A stretch of DNA of 64,000 nt, from assembly GCA_937921775.1 (NCBI GenBank), contig CAKZUK010000010.1, positions 12,037 to 76,036 on the forward strand. The letters run 5' to 3'. The notes under the pieces are model-generated. The model saw only the letters and a program-made list of their open reading frames with translations, had not been told where the DNA came from and ran no database searches. Position numbers and translations under genes: made by a program. This document shows, piece by piece, positions 48,230 to 58,121 of the stretch (positions are counted from its first letter, which is position 1; each line of letters begins with the position of its first letter). Origin of the DNA: an uncultured Saprospiraceae bacterium (GTDB lineage Bacteria > Bacteroidota > Bacteroidia > Chitinophagales > Saprospiraceae).

Positions 48230-51200
48230 ATGGCCTTTCATATTACGATACCTTTTTATGCTATGAAGCTTAAGTTCAATGACGACATTGATCTTAGCAG
48301 TCCTATTTTAGATCGCGATGCCCTGCGAATTAATAAAGCCGTACATATACTTGCCGGTAAATATGCCAACGAATTTCAGCAAAAAATGCTGAACCCCGGT
48401 AAGGTTCATAAGCTTTTTGAAGAGAACCAGCCTGATCTTTATGAAAAGGACAAACTAACTATTTCCTTCAAAGCTTCAAAAGATAAAATTTCATATCCTG
48501 ACTTTGAACTTCAGTTTGATTACTTCTATAAAGAAACCATTAATGGCTTTTGGGGATTTGTTCCTGCTGTTGGCGTGGAATCAGTAGGCGCAGACGAGTC
48601 TGATTTAGTGGAAAATTTGAATGAAGCTATTCGGCTTGAATTTGTGCGTAACCGTAGGCTATCACAAGTAAACAAAATCGTTGCTGTTATTTGGTGGGAA
48701 TCGGTGGAGTTGGTAAAAACAGAAATGCACCTGTCCGTTCCTACACCTCGTGAAATCGAGGATATGAATAATAATTTTCAAGAACTTTTTTTAACTAAGG
48801 TAGCATCAAGACTAATCGTAACCGAAGAAGGAGTCTTTGGACGCGAAAAAGAGATGGAACAATTCGAACGAGCCATCTATAGCAAATTCAATAAAAATGT
48901 ATTGCTAGTTGGTCCTTCTGGAGTTGGAAAAACAGCACTTGTACATGAGCTAGCGAGAAGAACCGATCATCTAGATGATTCTATTTGGTCGACCACTCCT
49001 TCAACACTTATCAAAGAATGCACTGGCGATACTGGCTGGCAGGAAAATCTCGCCAATCTATGCGAAGAGCTGAAACAAACAGATGACTTCTTATATATCT
49101 CCAACCTTATGGAATTGTTTGAAGTAGGTCAATACCAAGGCAATGATGTGAGTATGGCCATGTTTCTAACATCCTATTTGTCTAGAGGTGAGATCAATAT
49201 AATCTCAGAATGCACAGAAGAAGAATTAGCTAAAATTGACTTAAAACAACCAAATTATCTTTCGCTGTTTCAGATCATTCGTATTGACGAGCCTACTGAT
49301 CAGTTGAATGAAATTATTGTAAAAAAAGTAGAGAAGATTGCCGCATCGCGATCTTTGATAGTAGAACGAGAAGCAATAGAAGAAACCTTAAGACTCAACA
49401 AACGATTTACACCATACTCTGGTTTGCCCGGAAAGCCAATTCGCTTTCTAGAAAACACCATCATCAACAAAAGTAAAAACTCAAGCGATAAAACTATTTA
49501 TCGCAAAGATGTCATTCAAGGATTTAGTGAAGAATCTGGTTTGCCACTTTTTATGATTGACCCTGATATTCCGATGGATACCAATGCCATAAAAGGAAAA
49601 TTCAATTCAAATGTTTATGGACAAGAGAAGGCAGTATCTGCCGTAGTTGATATGTTAGCTTCTGTAAAAACGGCATTGGCAAGAACAGGACAACCAATTG
49701 CATCGTTTCTTTTTGTTGGCCCTACTGGTGTAGGAAAAACGGAAATGGCACGTGTACTTTCACAATTCATGTTTGGGAGTAGAGACCGCATGGTTCGCTT
49801 TGACATGAGTGAATTTTCCTCTGGCTATGCGATGGGAAGATTGATTGGTGAGAACTACGACACCTCTGGTTTATTAACTTCAGCTGTACGTCAAAATCCA
49901 TTTTGTGTCTTGCTTTTTGATGAGATTGAAAAAGCGCATCCATCTGTTTACGACATCTTTCTTCAAATATTGGGGGAAGGCCGTTTGACGGATCCTTCTG
50001 GAAAAGTCGTCAACTTTTGCAGCACCATCATAATCATGACTTCAAACATAGGTGCCAGCAAAATGATGAGCAATCAAATTTCAATGACTGGAGGATCGAA
50101 TGCGATCAACAAACAAGATGTATCTGATTTTTTCAGTGGAGCAGTTCAACGGTTTTTCCGACCTGAACTTTACAATCGATTTGATCAGGTGATTCCTTTT
50201 GATCCTTTGGACCAAGACACCATGCGTTTTGTCGTAGAACGTGAAATTGAACTACTTAAAAGTAGAGAAGGTATTCGCTTTCGCAAAATGGATTTCACAA
50301 TAAAAGATGAAGTTCTATACTATCTTGCTCAAAAAGGCTACGACATAAAGTACGGTGCCCGTAAATTACAACGCAGCATCCGCGATGAAATCACAGCCCC
50401 TCTATCTACGGCATTGAACGACTACGGTTTTGAAGATCAACTCATTGTCAACATTGGAATCGCAGATGAGAAGCCAAACATTCAAATAGAATCAGATCCA
50501 CTCGGTGTTGATTTGTTCTTTGAGGAATTAGATAAGATTACTGATGCTGATTATGCGAGTAGCTTGCGCCGTCAGATTATGCGTTTACAACAAGGAAATT
50601 TTTACATCCGACTTCTGAGTCAGATCGATATCATAGAGAACGAAAAAAAGCGACTCAAAGATGATTTTTGGAAAGACAATATTCGTGCAAAAAAATACAC
50701 CAACCTACTAGAGACCAAAGGTAGAATGGACCATTTCCATCAAAACATAGTCAAAATTGAAAACGATCATGCAAATGTTGTAATGGAACTCCAACCATAC
50801 ACTGATCAAATGTCAAAAGATCTAGAGCAATGGAAAGAGGATTTTATCTCTTTAAAAATGGAGGTCTACTCTAGAAAAGAGGAAGGGGCAGATGTTGCTT
50901 TGATTTATATTTATGGTTTTAACCTAGAACCTATCATAAAGTTCTATCGCGAGCTTTTTGACTACAAAGATTACGATTATGAGATGATGAGCATCTGGTT
51001 TAAAAAACAGGATGCTTCAGAAGTGAAAGAAGGTGAGGTAATAGAAAACTACCACATCAGCAACATCAACAAAGACAAAAAATTAGATACGACACCTGCA
51101 CATAAAGGCGACCTTCACTGTGGTCTTCTTTTCCGAGTAGATGGGCCATGCGCCAAGCTTTATTTATCTGGTGAAGATCAATCGATAGAGTGGTGGACTA

Positions 51201-51439
51201 GCGATAAAGAAAAAGAAAGTTTTGTAGTAGAGATAAAAGAAAAAATGGAAACTCCGCCCGGAGGAATTCATAGAAAAGATTATTATTCTGGTTCAAAAGA
51301 TAGAATCGTAAAGCCTGAACATTTAAAAGACTTGAGTTTATCGATTAACCGTGAGATTGGGAAGGGAGATTTGGTAGACACGATTAGCTCTGCTTTGGAT
51401 GATCGGTTTAAGGTTTCTTTGGATTTGGCTTTGGGGTAG
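48230..51439 (+). CDS. Atypical Hsp100/Clp-family double AAA+ ATPase with novel N- and C-terminal domains
   Basis: 1069 aa. D1 has Walker A GPSGVGKT, but the Walker B position reads FLYISNLMEL. D2 is canonical: GPTGVGKT, VLLFDEIEKAH, MTSNIG, FRPELYNRFD, KYGARKLQRSIRDEI. Confidence 0.85.
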   Translation: MAFHITIPFYAMKLKFNDDIDLSSPILDRDALRINKAVHILAGKYANEFQQKMLNPGKVHKLFEENQPDLYEKDKLTISFKASKDKISYPDFELQFDYFYKETINGFWGFVPAVGVESVGADESDLVENLNEAIRLEFVRNRRLSQVNKIVAVIWWESVELVKTEMHLSVPTPREIEDMNNNFQELFLTKVASRLIVTEEGVFGREKEMEQFERAIYSKFNKNVLLVGPSGVGKTALVHELARRTDHLDDSIWSTTPSTLIKECTGDTGWQENLANLCEELKQTDDFLYISNLMELFEVGQYQGNDVSMAMFLTSYLSRGEINIISECTEEELAKIDLKQPNYLSLFQIIRIDEPTDQLNEIIVKKVEKIAASRSLIVEREAIEETLRLNKRFTPYSGLPGKPIRFLENTIINKSKNSSDKTIYRKDVIQGFSEESGLPLFMIDPDIPMDTNAIKGKFNSNVYGQEKAVSAVVDMLASVKTALARTGQPIASFLFVGPTGVGKTEMARVLSQFMFGSRDRMVRFDMSEFSSGYAMGRLIGENYDTSGLLTSAVRQNPFCVLLFDEIEKAHPSVYDIFLQILGEGRLTDPSGKVVNFCSTIIIMTSNIGASKMMSNQISMTGGSNAINKQDVSDFFSGAVQRFFRPELYNRFDQVIPFDPLDQDTMRFVVEREIELLKSREGIRFRKMDFTIKDEVLYYLAQKGYDIKYGARKLQRSIRDEITAPLSTALNDYGFEDQLIVNIGIADEKPNIQIESDPLGVDLFFEELDKITDADYASSLRRQIMRLQQGNFYIRLLSQIDIIENEKKRLKDDFWKDNIRAKKYTNLLETKGRMDHFHQNIVKIENDHANVVMELQPYTDQMSKDLEQWKEDFISLKMEVYSRKEEGADVALIYIYGFNLEPIIKFYRELFDYKDYDYEMMSIWFKKQDASEVKEGEVIENYHISNINKDKKLDTTPAHKGDLHCGLLFRVDGPCAKLYLSGEDQSIEWWTSDKEKESFVVEIKEKMETPPGGIHRKDYYSGSKDRIVKPEHLKDLSLSINREIGKGDLVDTISSALDDRFKVSLDLALG

Positions 51440-51595
51440 AATTTCCTTTCTTACTGTGATTCTATTTACTTACAATAAGAAACAAAGCTAATCTCCAATC
51501 GTCTAAAAATAAACCATCTTCGACTTGTAAGATGGCGATAAAAATAGGTCTGAAATCACCTTGTTACAATATGTTTCTCGGATGAGATCAAATCT

Positions 51596-51637
51596 AAATA
51601 AGGAGCATCTTTTCAAAAAAAGATGCTCCTTATTTTT
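51596..51637. terminator. 18-bp perfect AT-rich hairpin (AAATAAGGAGCATCTTTT / AAAAGATGCTCCTTATTT) about 160 nt after the Clp-like stop
   Basis: Arms read directly with a 4-nt loop CAAA. The T-run is partly within the 3' arm. Confidence 0.65.
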
Positions 51638-51725
51638 GAAAAGAAACAGTTTTCTCTTTAACTTCATTCCATACCTTAGTTAACTTGACGACTTAAGCCT
51701 CATCTACACAAACCACTTATACAGC

Positions 51726-54578
51726 ATGATAGACGATCTGTATAGAATAACAAGCCACCTGTACAGCAATTCGGTATTTATTATCATTTGCCTCGTGCTT
51801 ATATTCTCCAACCAAATAGATGCGAACTCTGCTCCCTTTCTAATAAAAGAAAGTCAGTCTTACTATGAAATCCGTTCTTCTATCGAAATTCTTCAAGATG
51901 AAAACTATTCTATTGAAGAGATACAAACAGAGGGTATTCAAAATCAATTTCAACGTTTTTCAGAACATAATCTTGATTTAAAAGCGGGACAACTGTATTG
52001 GGGAAAAATAGAGCTAATTAACATGCTTCCTGATGCTGGGAAGCACCTGGAATGGGTACTTCATTTGTCTAGTGGTTTTACTCGGATAGATGTTTTCGTC
52101 CAACAATCTGACGGATCTTTTGAGCAACAATTGAATGGAACATTTGTACCGAATACAAGAAAAGAGTTTACACCAACATCATCAGGTAATTTAGTCAACC
52201 TCCAATTACACCCACAACAAATTAAGCTTATTTATTTTAAAGGGATAAGTGAACGCCCCTCAATAAAGCCTTCATTTTATACAAGATTAGTAGATGCGGA
52301 CAGATTCTACATGGATTTGTATCAAGAACGTACACTCAATTTTCTCTTTATTGGTTTTGTTTCGATGATGATGATTTACAATGTCATTCTTTACTTTTTT
52401 TGGTGGGATAAAAGTTCTCTTTATTATTCTGGATACTTATTTACCATTGTATTTTATTCTTTATTTATCACCCAAGAATTAGCCAATTGGTTCGAACCCA
52501 TTTTATTTCCAGAGCATCCGCAATATCTATATTTTGGAAAGTTAATCATCTACTTAGGTACAATAAGCTATCTCTCATTTCTTAAACAATTTTTGGATTT
52601 AAAAACCTTAGCGCCGAAGTGGAATCGGTATTTTTCTATATTCATTGTTGTAGGTTTGATTTGGATGTTCTTTGATACAACTATGTTAATCTTATCCAAC
52701 TTCAGTTTTGTGGCCACAGATGTTATTACTATTTCATTTGTGTTGTTATTTATTATTAGCAGTTTTGTATTTCTTTTTCCTTTGTATAAGACAAAAGACA
52801 AAAAAGGATACTTTATTATTGCAGGTGTTTTGGTCATGAATTTTGGTTTGCTGGGCACTGCTATATCCCGAACTATGTCGACTGAATTTTCTGTCCTTTA
52901 TTTGAGAATAGGGACCATTTTAGAGATCGTAGTCTTTTCCCTAGGTTTGGCCTTTCGCCAAAAAGAAAATGAAAAAATAAGGCAACAGACACGATTTGAA
53001 TTAGAAAAAACAAAACTACTACAAGTACAAGCTGCTATTGAAAAAAATCGCCTCAAAGAATTAGACAACTATAAGACTAAATTGTATGCCAACATCACAC
53101 ACGAATTCAGAACACCATTAACTGTCATTCAAGGCATGGCAGGACAAATCAACGGTAGATATAAAAAGGAGACACAACTCATTCGACGTAACACTCAACA
53201 ATTACTACACTTAGTCAATCAAATGCTCGAATTAGCTAAACTTGAGTCTGGAACATTAAGACTACATCCACAGCAAGGTGACATTATTTCTTTTTTAAAA
53301 TACGAAATAGAATCCTATATCACTTTGGCAACCAGTTATCATATCGACTTGACTTTTACTAGTTCCTCTGATGTTATCAATATGGATTTCGATATCCAAA
53401 AACTCCGTCGTATTCTTTCCAATTTACTGTCAAATGCCATCAAATTCATGTCCAGTAAGGGAGTCATAAATATAGATGTTACAAAGTACAATCAAATTCA
53501 AACGCCACATATACAAATCAGAGTTACTGATAATGGCGCAGGAATTCCCGCCCTACAATTACCTTACATCTTCGATCGTTTCTATCAGGTAGACACATCC
53601 GCTACTCGTTTGACCGAAGGTACTGGAATAGGCTTAGCACTAACCAAAGAATTGGTCGAACTTATGAAAGGAAACATTGAAGTAGAAAGCCAAGTCGATA
53701 AAGGAACTACCTTTATTATCCAATTACCCATCACACAAAATGCTCCAATTGGGGAAACTGAATATATCTCCTCGGATTCCTTATACAATGAACAAGTAAA
53801 ACCCAATATTTCTCATCCGATTATAAACAATTCAAATCACTCAACAGTTTTGCTCATTGAAGACAATACAGATGTCATTCAATATCTCATTGCTTGTTTG
53901 CAAGATGATTATCAGATACTGACAGCCTTGAACGGGCAAGAAGGTATTCACACCGCAATTACACAAACACCAGATATTATTATCAGCGACGTAATGATGC
54001 CCAAAGCAGATGGTTTTGAAGTAACGCAAGTACTGAAACAAGATGAACGTACCAGCCATATTCCGATTATATTATTAACCGCTAAGGCAGATCAGGAATC
54101 CAAATTGGAAGGCTTAGAAAGTGGTGCCGATGCTTATTTGTCTAAACCATTTGACAAGAGTGAATTGATGATTCGCTTAGCAAAACTGATTGAAATTAGA
54201 AAAAAGCTACAAGTTTATTATGTTGGAAGCGCTTTAGAGATAAGCAATCCGGAGGAAGAGATCTCAAAAGAAGCCGTATTCCTCCAAAAGCTAAAAAGTC
54301 ACGTAGATCAACATTTGGACGATTCCGATTATAACATTGAGGAATTAGCAAAAGACATGTTATTAAGTCGTCAGCAACTCTACCGAAAGACGAAAGCTTT
54401 GACGGGTAAATCTGTTGCAGCCTATGTCCGCCTCATCCGTTTGCATCACGCTAAGAAGTTATTACAAAAAACTCACCTCAACGTTTCTGAAGTAGCGTAT
54501 CGGGTTGGATTTAGTGATCCAGGTTATTTTTCAAAATCCTTTTCTGAGGAATTTGGCTATGCACCTAGTGTGGAGTAA
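51726..54578 (+). CDS. Hybrid sensor histidine kinase / response regulator / AraC-type transcription factor with 7TMR-DISM sensor
   Basis: 950 aa. 7TMR-DISMED2-like N-domain and 7 TM helices. H-box ANITHEFRTPLT, N-box LSNLLSNAIKF, G-boxes DNGAGIP/GTGIGLAL. Receiver LLIEDNTD...ISDVMMPKADGFE...LTAK. HTH VSEVAYRVGFSDPGYFSKSFSEEFG. Confidence 0.9.
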   Translation: MIDDLYRITSHLYSNSVFIIICLVLIFSNQIDANSAPFLIKESQSYYEIRSSIEILQDENYSIEEIQTEGIQNQFQRFSEHNLDLKAGQLYWGKIELINMLPDAGKHLEWVLHLSSGFTRIDVFVQQSDGSFEQQLNGTFVPNTRKEFTPTSSGNLVNLQLHPQQIKLIYFKGISERPSIKPSFYTRLVDADRFYMDLYQERTLNFLFIGFVSMMMIYNVILYFFWWDKSSLYYSGYLFTIVFYSLFITQELANWFEPILFPEHPQYLYFGKLIIYLGTISYLSFLKQFLDLKTLAPKWNRYFSIFIVVGLIWMFFDTTMLILSNFSFVATDVITISFVLLFIISSFVFLFPLYKTKDKKGYFIIAGVLVMNFGLLGTAISRTMSTEFSVLYLRIGTILEIVVFSLGLAFRQKENEKIRQQTRFELEKTKLLQVQAAIEKNRLKELDNYKTKLYANITHEFRTPLTVIQGMAGQINGRYKKETQLIRRNTQQLLHLVNQMLELAKLESGTLRLHPQQGDIISFLKYEIESYITLATSYHIDLTFTSSSDVINMDFDIQKLRRILSNLLSNAIKFMSSKGVINIDVTKYNQIQTPHIQIRVTDNGAGIPALQLPYIFDRFYQVDTSATRLTEGTGIGLALTKELVELMKGNIEVESQVDKGTTFIIQLPITQNAPIGETEYISSDSLYNEQVKPNISHPIINNSNHSTVLLIEDNTDVIQYLIACLQDDYQILTALNGQEGIHTAITQTPDIIISDVMMPKADGFEVTQVLKQDERTSHIPIILLTAKADQESKLEGLESGADAYLSKPFDKSELMIRLAKLIEIRKKLQVYYVGSALEISNPEEEISKEAVFLQKLKSHVDQHLDDSDYNIEELAKDMLLSRQQLYRKTKALTGKSVAAYVRLIRLHHAKKLLQKTHLNVSEVAYRVGFSDPGYFSKSFSEEFGYAPSVE

Positions 54579-54597
54579 GCTAATATATGTTTCAGTC

Positions 54598-54634
54598 AAA
54601 AGCCTCGGTATCTACTTGACTCCGAGGCTTTTTT
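54598..54634 (+). terminator. Rho-independent terminator (AAAAGCCTCGG / CCGAGGCTTTT)
   Basis: 11-bp stem followed by TTTTTT, 20 nt after the stop. Confidence 0.8.
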
Positions 54635-54788
54635 ATTGATTTGCGCCTGAATGAGTCATAGTTACCTGCTTTTGTTACATAGTTCCATGTTTAAAATGGA
54701 GCGGAGTCCCACCTTTGAGGAATAGCAAAATTATTTTGGATATCGTTCTAAAATAAAAAATATTTTCTAACCTTTTAAAACCTAAATT

Positions 54789-55460
54789 ATGAAAAAGTTA
54801 ATGCCCTTCGTGGCCCTTCTCGTCATTCTTGGATGTGCTAAACAAGAAACACCACCATCTATTCCTGACCATCAGATGGAAGAAATTATTAGCCCCAACG
54901 TTTACCATTTCAATATTGATGAAAATGAAATCAATTTTGAAGCTGTTTCTCTTGAATCATTAAAATCTAATTCCATTGCTACAGTCACAACAAGATCGAA
55001 TCATCCTCATTCCAATGGTCATTTTTCTGCAGTCGATGGCGCTGCTACCTTTTCTTATTCTGTAATGCAAAACAATGGTGGCGTACATGGCCACATCAAT
55101 ATGGGTGGCATCAACTGGGACATGCAACTATCAAGTGAATGCATTGTTGTAGAAGGAAATAATGCTGTATTTGCAGGACAAATTACTGATGTAACGCTTA
55201 TTCCTTCTGCATTGGAAGATCAGATCAATAGCATTCCTGAATTCGGTGGAGTAATTGGAACGTACATTTATCTTCGCGTTGAGGATCATGGAGAAGGAAA
55301 TAATGCACCCTCAGATCGATTTAATAACTATTACTACATTTCACCAGAGCAGTTTGGCCCACTTTGTCACCTTATCCCACCAAACACTTCTGCCTGGCTA
55401 CCGGAAACAGTTTTAGATACAGACAATGAATCTGACCAGATTCAGGTAAGCGGTGACTAA
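54789..55460 (+). CDS. Lipoprotein of unknown function
   Basis: 223 aa with lipobox VILGCAKQ. No recognisable motif. Confidence 0.55.
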   Translation: MKKLMPFVALLVILGCAKQETPPSIPDHQMEEIISPNVYHFNIDENEINFEAVSLESLKSNSIATVTTRSNHPHSNGHFSAVDGAATFSYSVMQNNGGVHGHINMGGINWDMQLSSECIVVEGNNAVFAGQITDVTLIPSALEDQINSIPEFGGVIGTYIYLRVEDHGEGNNAPSDRFNNYYYISPEQFGPLCHLIPPNTSAWLPETVLDTDNESDQIQVSGD

Positions 55461-55490
55461 ACTTAATTGATCTCTCCTCTTATTGAAAAT

Positions 55491-55534
55491 AAAAGAGAAA
55501 TAGTCAAATAAGGAGTCTTGGCTATTTCTCTTTT
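55491..55534 (+). terminator. Terminator hairpin (13-bp perfect arms AAAAGAGAAATAG / CTATTTCTCTTTT)
   Basis: Arms at 55491-55503 and 55522-55534, 31 nt after the stop. Confidence 0.65.
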
Positions 55535-55667
55535 CATTGAGCTTTAGAAACCAAAAATAAATTCCCTCTCATGTGATATAGTATTCGCCTGATTAAGTCA
55601 ATAACAGGGAATGCATTACAAATTCTAATGATTCAATCTTTCATTTTACAATCTAAAAAACTAACCA

Positions 55668-58058
55668 ATGAAAAACATCACCTTTACATTCAGTTTAATT
55701 TTTTTCATATTTTTTCAAAGCAATTTAATTGCACAGTTTCAATCCCAGTGGACTAATGTTAGCCCTAATTACCAAGTCAACAATGACCCATTCGGATTAG
55801 GATTCTATGTCGTGGATGAAAACATAGCCTGGTCAATCCCGCTTTGGCTCAATGGCCAAATCAATCCAAAAATCAGTAAAACGACCGATGGTGGAGCAAA
55901 CTGGAGTATTTATTCGCCAGACCTACAGGCTTCGGATTTAGTTCCAACCATTGTATATGCCCTCGATGAAACCAGAGCGTGGATAGGCACACAACAGATG
56001 CCTAGTGGTAATTATGGTTCTGTTATGAAAACCACTGATGGTGGAAACTCCTGGTCGACACTTGATATTCCATATGTCGAGGATCAGATTCCTTATGCTA
56101 TCCATTTTTACAATGACATGGAAGGGATTGTGGTTGCACAAGATTTTTTTACGAGCACCAACCATGTTGACATTTACAAAACGGTCGATGGTGGACTAAG
56201 CTGGCAGGTCGTATCGCCAAGCGGTTTATTACCTGCTGAAATTATGTGGCTTTGGTCTGGTGAACATATCATGGAACGGATAGGCGACCATTTATGGATG
56301 GGCACAGGAAAAGGTCGTGCGATGCATTCTACAGATAGGGGAGAGACCTGGAGTATTGTTGAACTAGGGTTTAGCTCTACCAGAGGAGTCAACTCCGTAG
56401 CCTTTATGAATGAACAAACTGGTGTTGCACTCACTTCTTATGACTTAGATATCCTAAATAATTCTGCTTGGATAGATGAGAGTAGAACCTTGGCGGTAAA
56501 AACGACAGATGGTGGGGCAAGTTGGAATCCAATCAATATACCTCCTCTATTGGAACATATCGAATACGTTCCTAACTCAGGTGGCGTATTTATTGGAGCC
56601 AGTGGATATACAGGATATAATCAACATTTTATTTCGAAAGATATGGGAGAGACTTGGAAAGAATATAGTTCTCCGGGAATGATTAACATTAATTTTACAA
56701 GTCCGGAATCTGGCTTTGCAACTGTCTTAGGCTTTGCTTATGGTATTTTCAAATACGAGGGAGAGCCTTTATTATTTGACGAAAGTCCCTTGTCTGCTCC
56801 CAAATGGGTCGGTCAAGCAGATCAACTGACTCCTGCCTTTCATACTATTAACGATGTACATATTATTGATACCGATATGGTCTGGGGCCTCACCAGTCCT
56901 TTCCTTAGTCAAATTCCTAATTCTAATCCTTCCGTAGTTCGTACAATTGATGGTGGGGATAATTGGGAAGAATTGCCGATAACAATAGCTCAAGGCCGAC
57001 GTACATTTGACATACATGCCATGGATGACGAGACTGCTTTTGTTACAAGTAACAATTTGGGGTCAAGCAAGGAGTTGTTAAAAACTTCCGATGGTGGTAA
57101 TTCTTGGAATGTAGTGAATTCAAACGATGCATGTGGGGGATATGTTCACTTTTTCAATTCGCAAGAAGGTTTAGTTATCAATGACGATTTAATTGAAATC
57201 ACTAATGACGGAGGCATTTCCTGGACGGTACCTGATCTCAATATTCCTAATCTTTCGAATGGAGATATTTTTGATAAAAACTTTGCAGTTGAAAACACCA
57301 CAGAAGCAAGAGGAGATAGCTTTTGGTATTTGACGAGGAATAACAAAATCATTCGAACCAATGACAAAGGAGAAACCTGGGAGGTTTTTAATACGCCTGA
57401 AAGGTTTTGGTCTATAGCAATGCGTGACAGTTTAAATGGATTAGCTGTCGCTATCGAATATGATATCTATATCCACAGAAGCCATATTTATAAAACAGCA
57501 GACGGTGGTGAAACTTGGGAAATAGCAGCTATTATGGATGGCGATTTCACTGCTTTTATGTTGGAATATATAGAAGGTAGTGAAGCTTACATGGGATCGA
57601 ATTATGGAAATAGTGCGACCTGTTTTACTATTGACGATGGAGCTACCTGGGAACTTATTGAAGGAGCACCTTCTACTGGTATTTCAAAATTCCTTGATCC
57701 TGAGACGGGATGGGTAGTTGGCACTAGACGTTATACGGGGTTCTCACCACTCATCTACAAATGGGACGGCGAAGCTTTTCCCCAATTAATTGTTGGTATC
57801 GAAGAATCCGTTTCCCTTATGAATATTCAGGTTTTTCCAAACCCAATCAAAGATTATATCACGATCAATCTAAATGATTTAAATCGGGGAAAAACGACCA
57901 TCGATTTACTAGATGTTAATGGGCAACTAATCAGAAGTACTCTAACAAATGAAAACATATATACTTTCAAAAACTTAGCAGATTTGCCCTCTGGTAACTA
58001 TTTCATTAGAGTTATTATTGACAAAAAATTAAGGACTTTAAAAGTAATCAAACAATAG
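55668..58058 (+). CDS. BNR/Asp-box repeat beta-propeller protein with T9SS C-terminal sorting domain
   Basis: 796 aa with a signal peptide. About 12 Asp-boxes: TTDGGANWS, TTDGGNSWS, TVDGGLSWQ, STDRGETWS, TTDGGASWN, SKDMGETWK, TIDGGDNWE, TSDGGNSWN, TNDGGISWT, TNDKGETWE, TADGGETWE, IDDGATWE. C-terminus VFPNPIKDYITINL...GNYFIRVII...LKVIKQ is Por_Secre_tail-like. Confidence 0.85.
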   Translation: MKNITFTFSLIFFIFFQSNLIAQFQSQWTNVSPNYQVNNDPFGLGFYVVDENIAWSIPLWLNGQINPKISKTTDGGANWSIYSPDLQASDLVPTIVYALDETRAWIGTQQMPSGNYGSVMKTTDGGNSWSTLDIPYVEDQIPYAIHFYNDMEGIVVAQDFFTSTNHVDIYKTVDGGLSWQVVSPSGLLPAEIMWLWSGEHIMERIGDHLWMGTGKGRAMHSTDRGETWSIVELGFSSTRGVNSVAFMNEQTGVALTSYDLDILNNSAWIDESRTLAVKTTDGGASWNPINIPPLLEHIEYVPNSGGVFIGASGYTGYNQHFISKDMGETWKEYSSPGMININFTSPESGFATVLGFAYGIFKYEGEPLLFDESPLSAPKWVGQADQLTPAFHTINDVHIIDTDMVWGLTSPFLSQIPNSNPSVVRTIDGGDNWEELPITIAQGRRTFDIHAMDDETAFVTSNNLGSSKELLKTSDGGNSWNVVNSNDACGGYVHFFNSQEGLVINDDLIEITNDGGISWTVPDLNIPNLSNGDIFDKNFAVENTTEARGDSFWYLTRNNKIIRTNDKGETWEVFNTPERFWSIAMRDSLNGLAVAIEYDIYIHRSHIYKTADGGETWEIAAIMDGDFTAFMLEYIEGSEAYMGSNYGNSATCFTIDDGATWELIEGAPSTGISKFLDPETGWVVGTRRYTGFSPLIYKWDGEAFPQLIVGIEESVSLMNIQVFPNPIKDYITINLNDLNRGKTTIDLLDVNGQLIRSTLTNENIYTFKNLADLPSGNYFIRVIIDKKLRTLKVIKQ

Positions 58059-58080
58059 TCTTTTAACCCCACCCACCATT

Positions 58081-58121
58081 GCCCTTCTATTCATTTGAGT
58101 AGGAGGGCTACTTTCGTTTTT
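58081..58121 (+). terminator. Terminator hairpin (GCCCTTCT / AGGAGGGC) with T-rich tail
   Basis: 8-bp stem with one G-U pair, followed by TACTTTCGTTTTT. It starts 23 nt after the stop. Confidence 0.55.

Noticed and set aside
48230-51439. The Clp-like ATPase as ClpV/TssH of a type VI secretion system, or as ordinary ClpA/ClpB/ClpC.
   Set aside because: The window has no T6SS genes and no Clp_N repeats. There is no M-domain and no ClpP-docking tripeptide. D1 has a degenerate Walker B, and there is a ~290-aa extra C-terminus. It is therefore kept as an atypical family (see findings).
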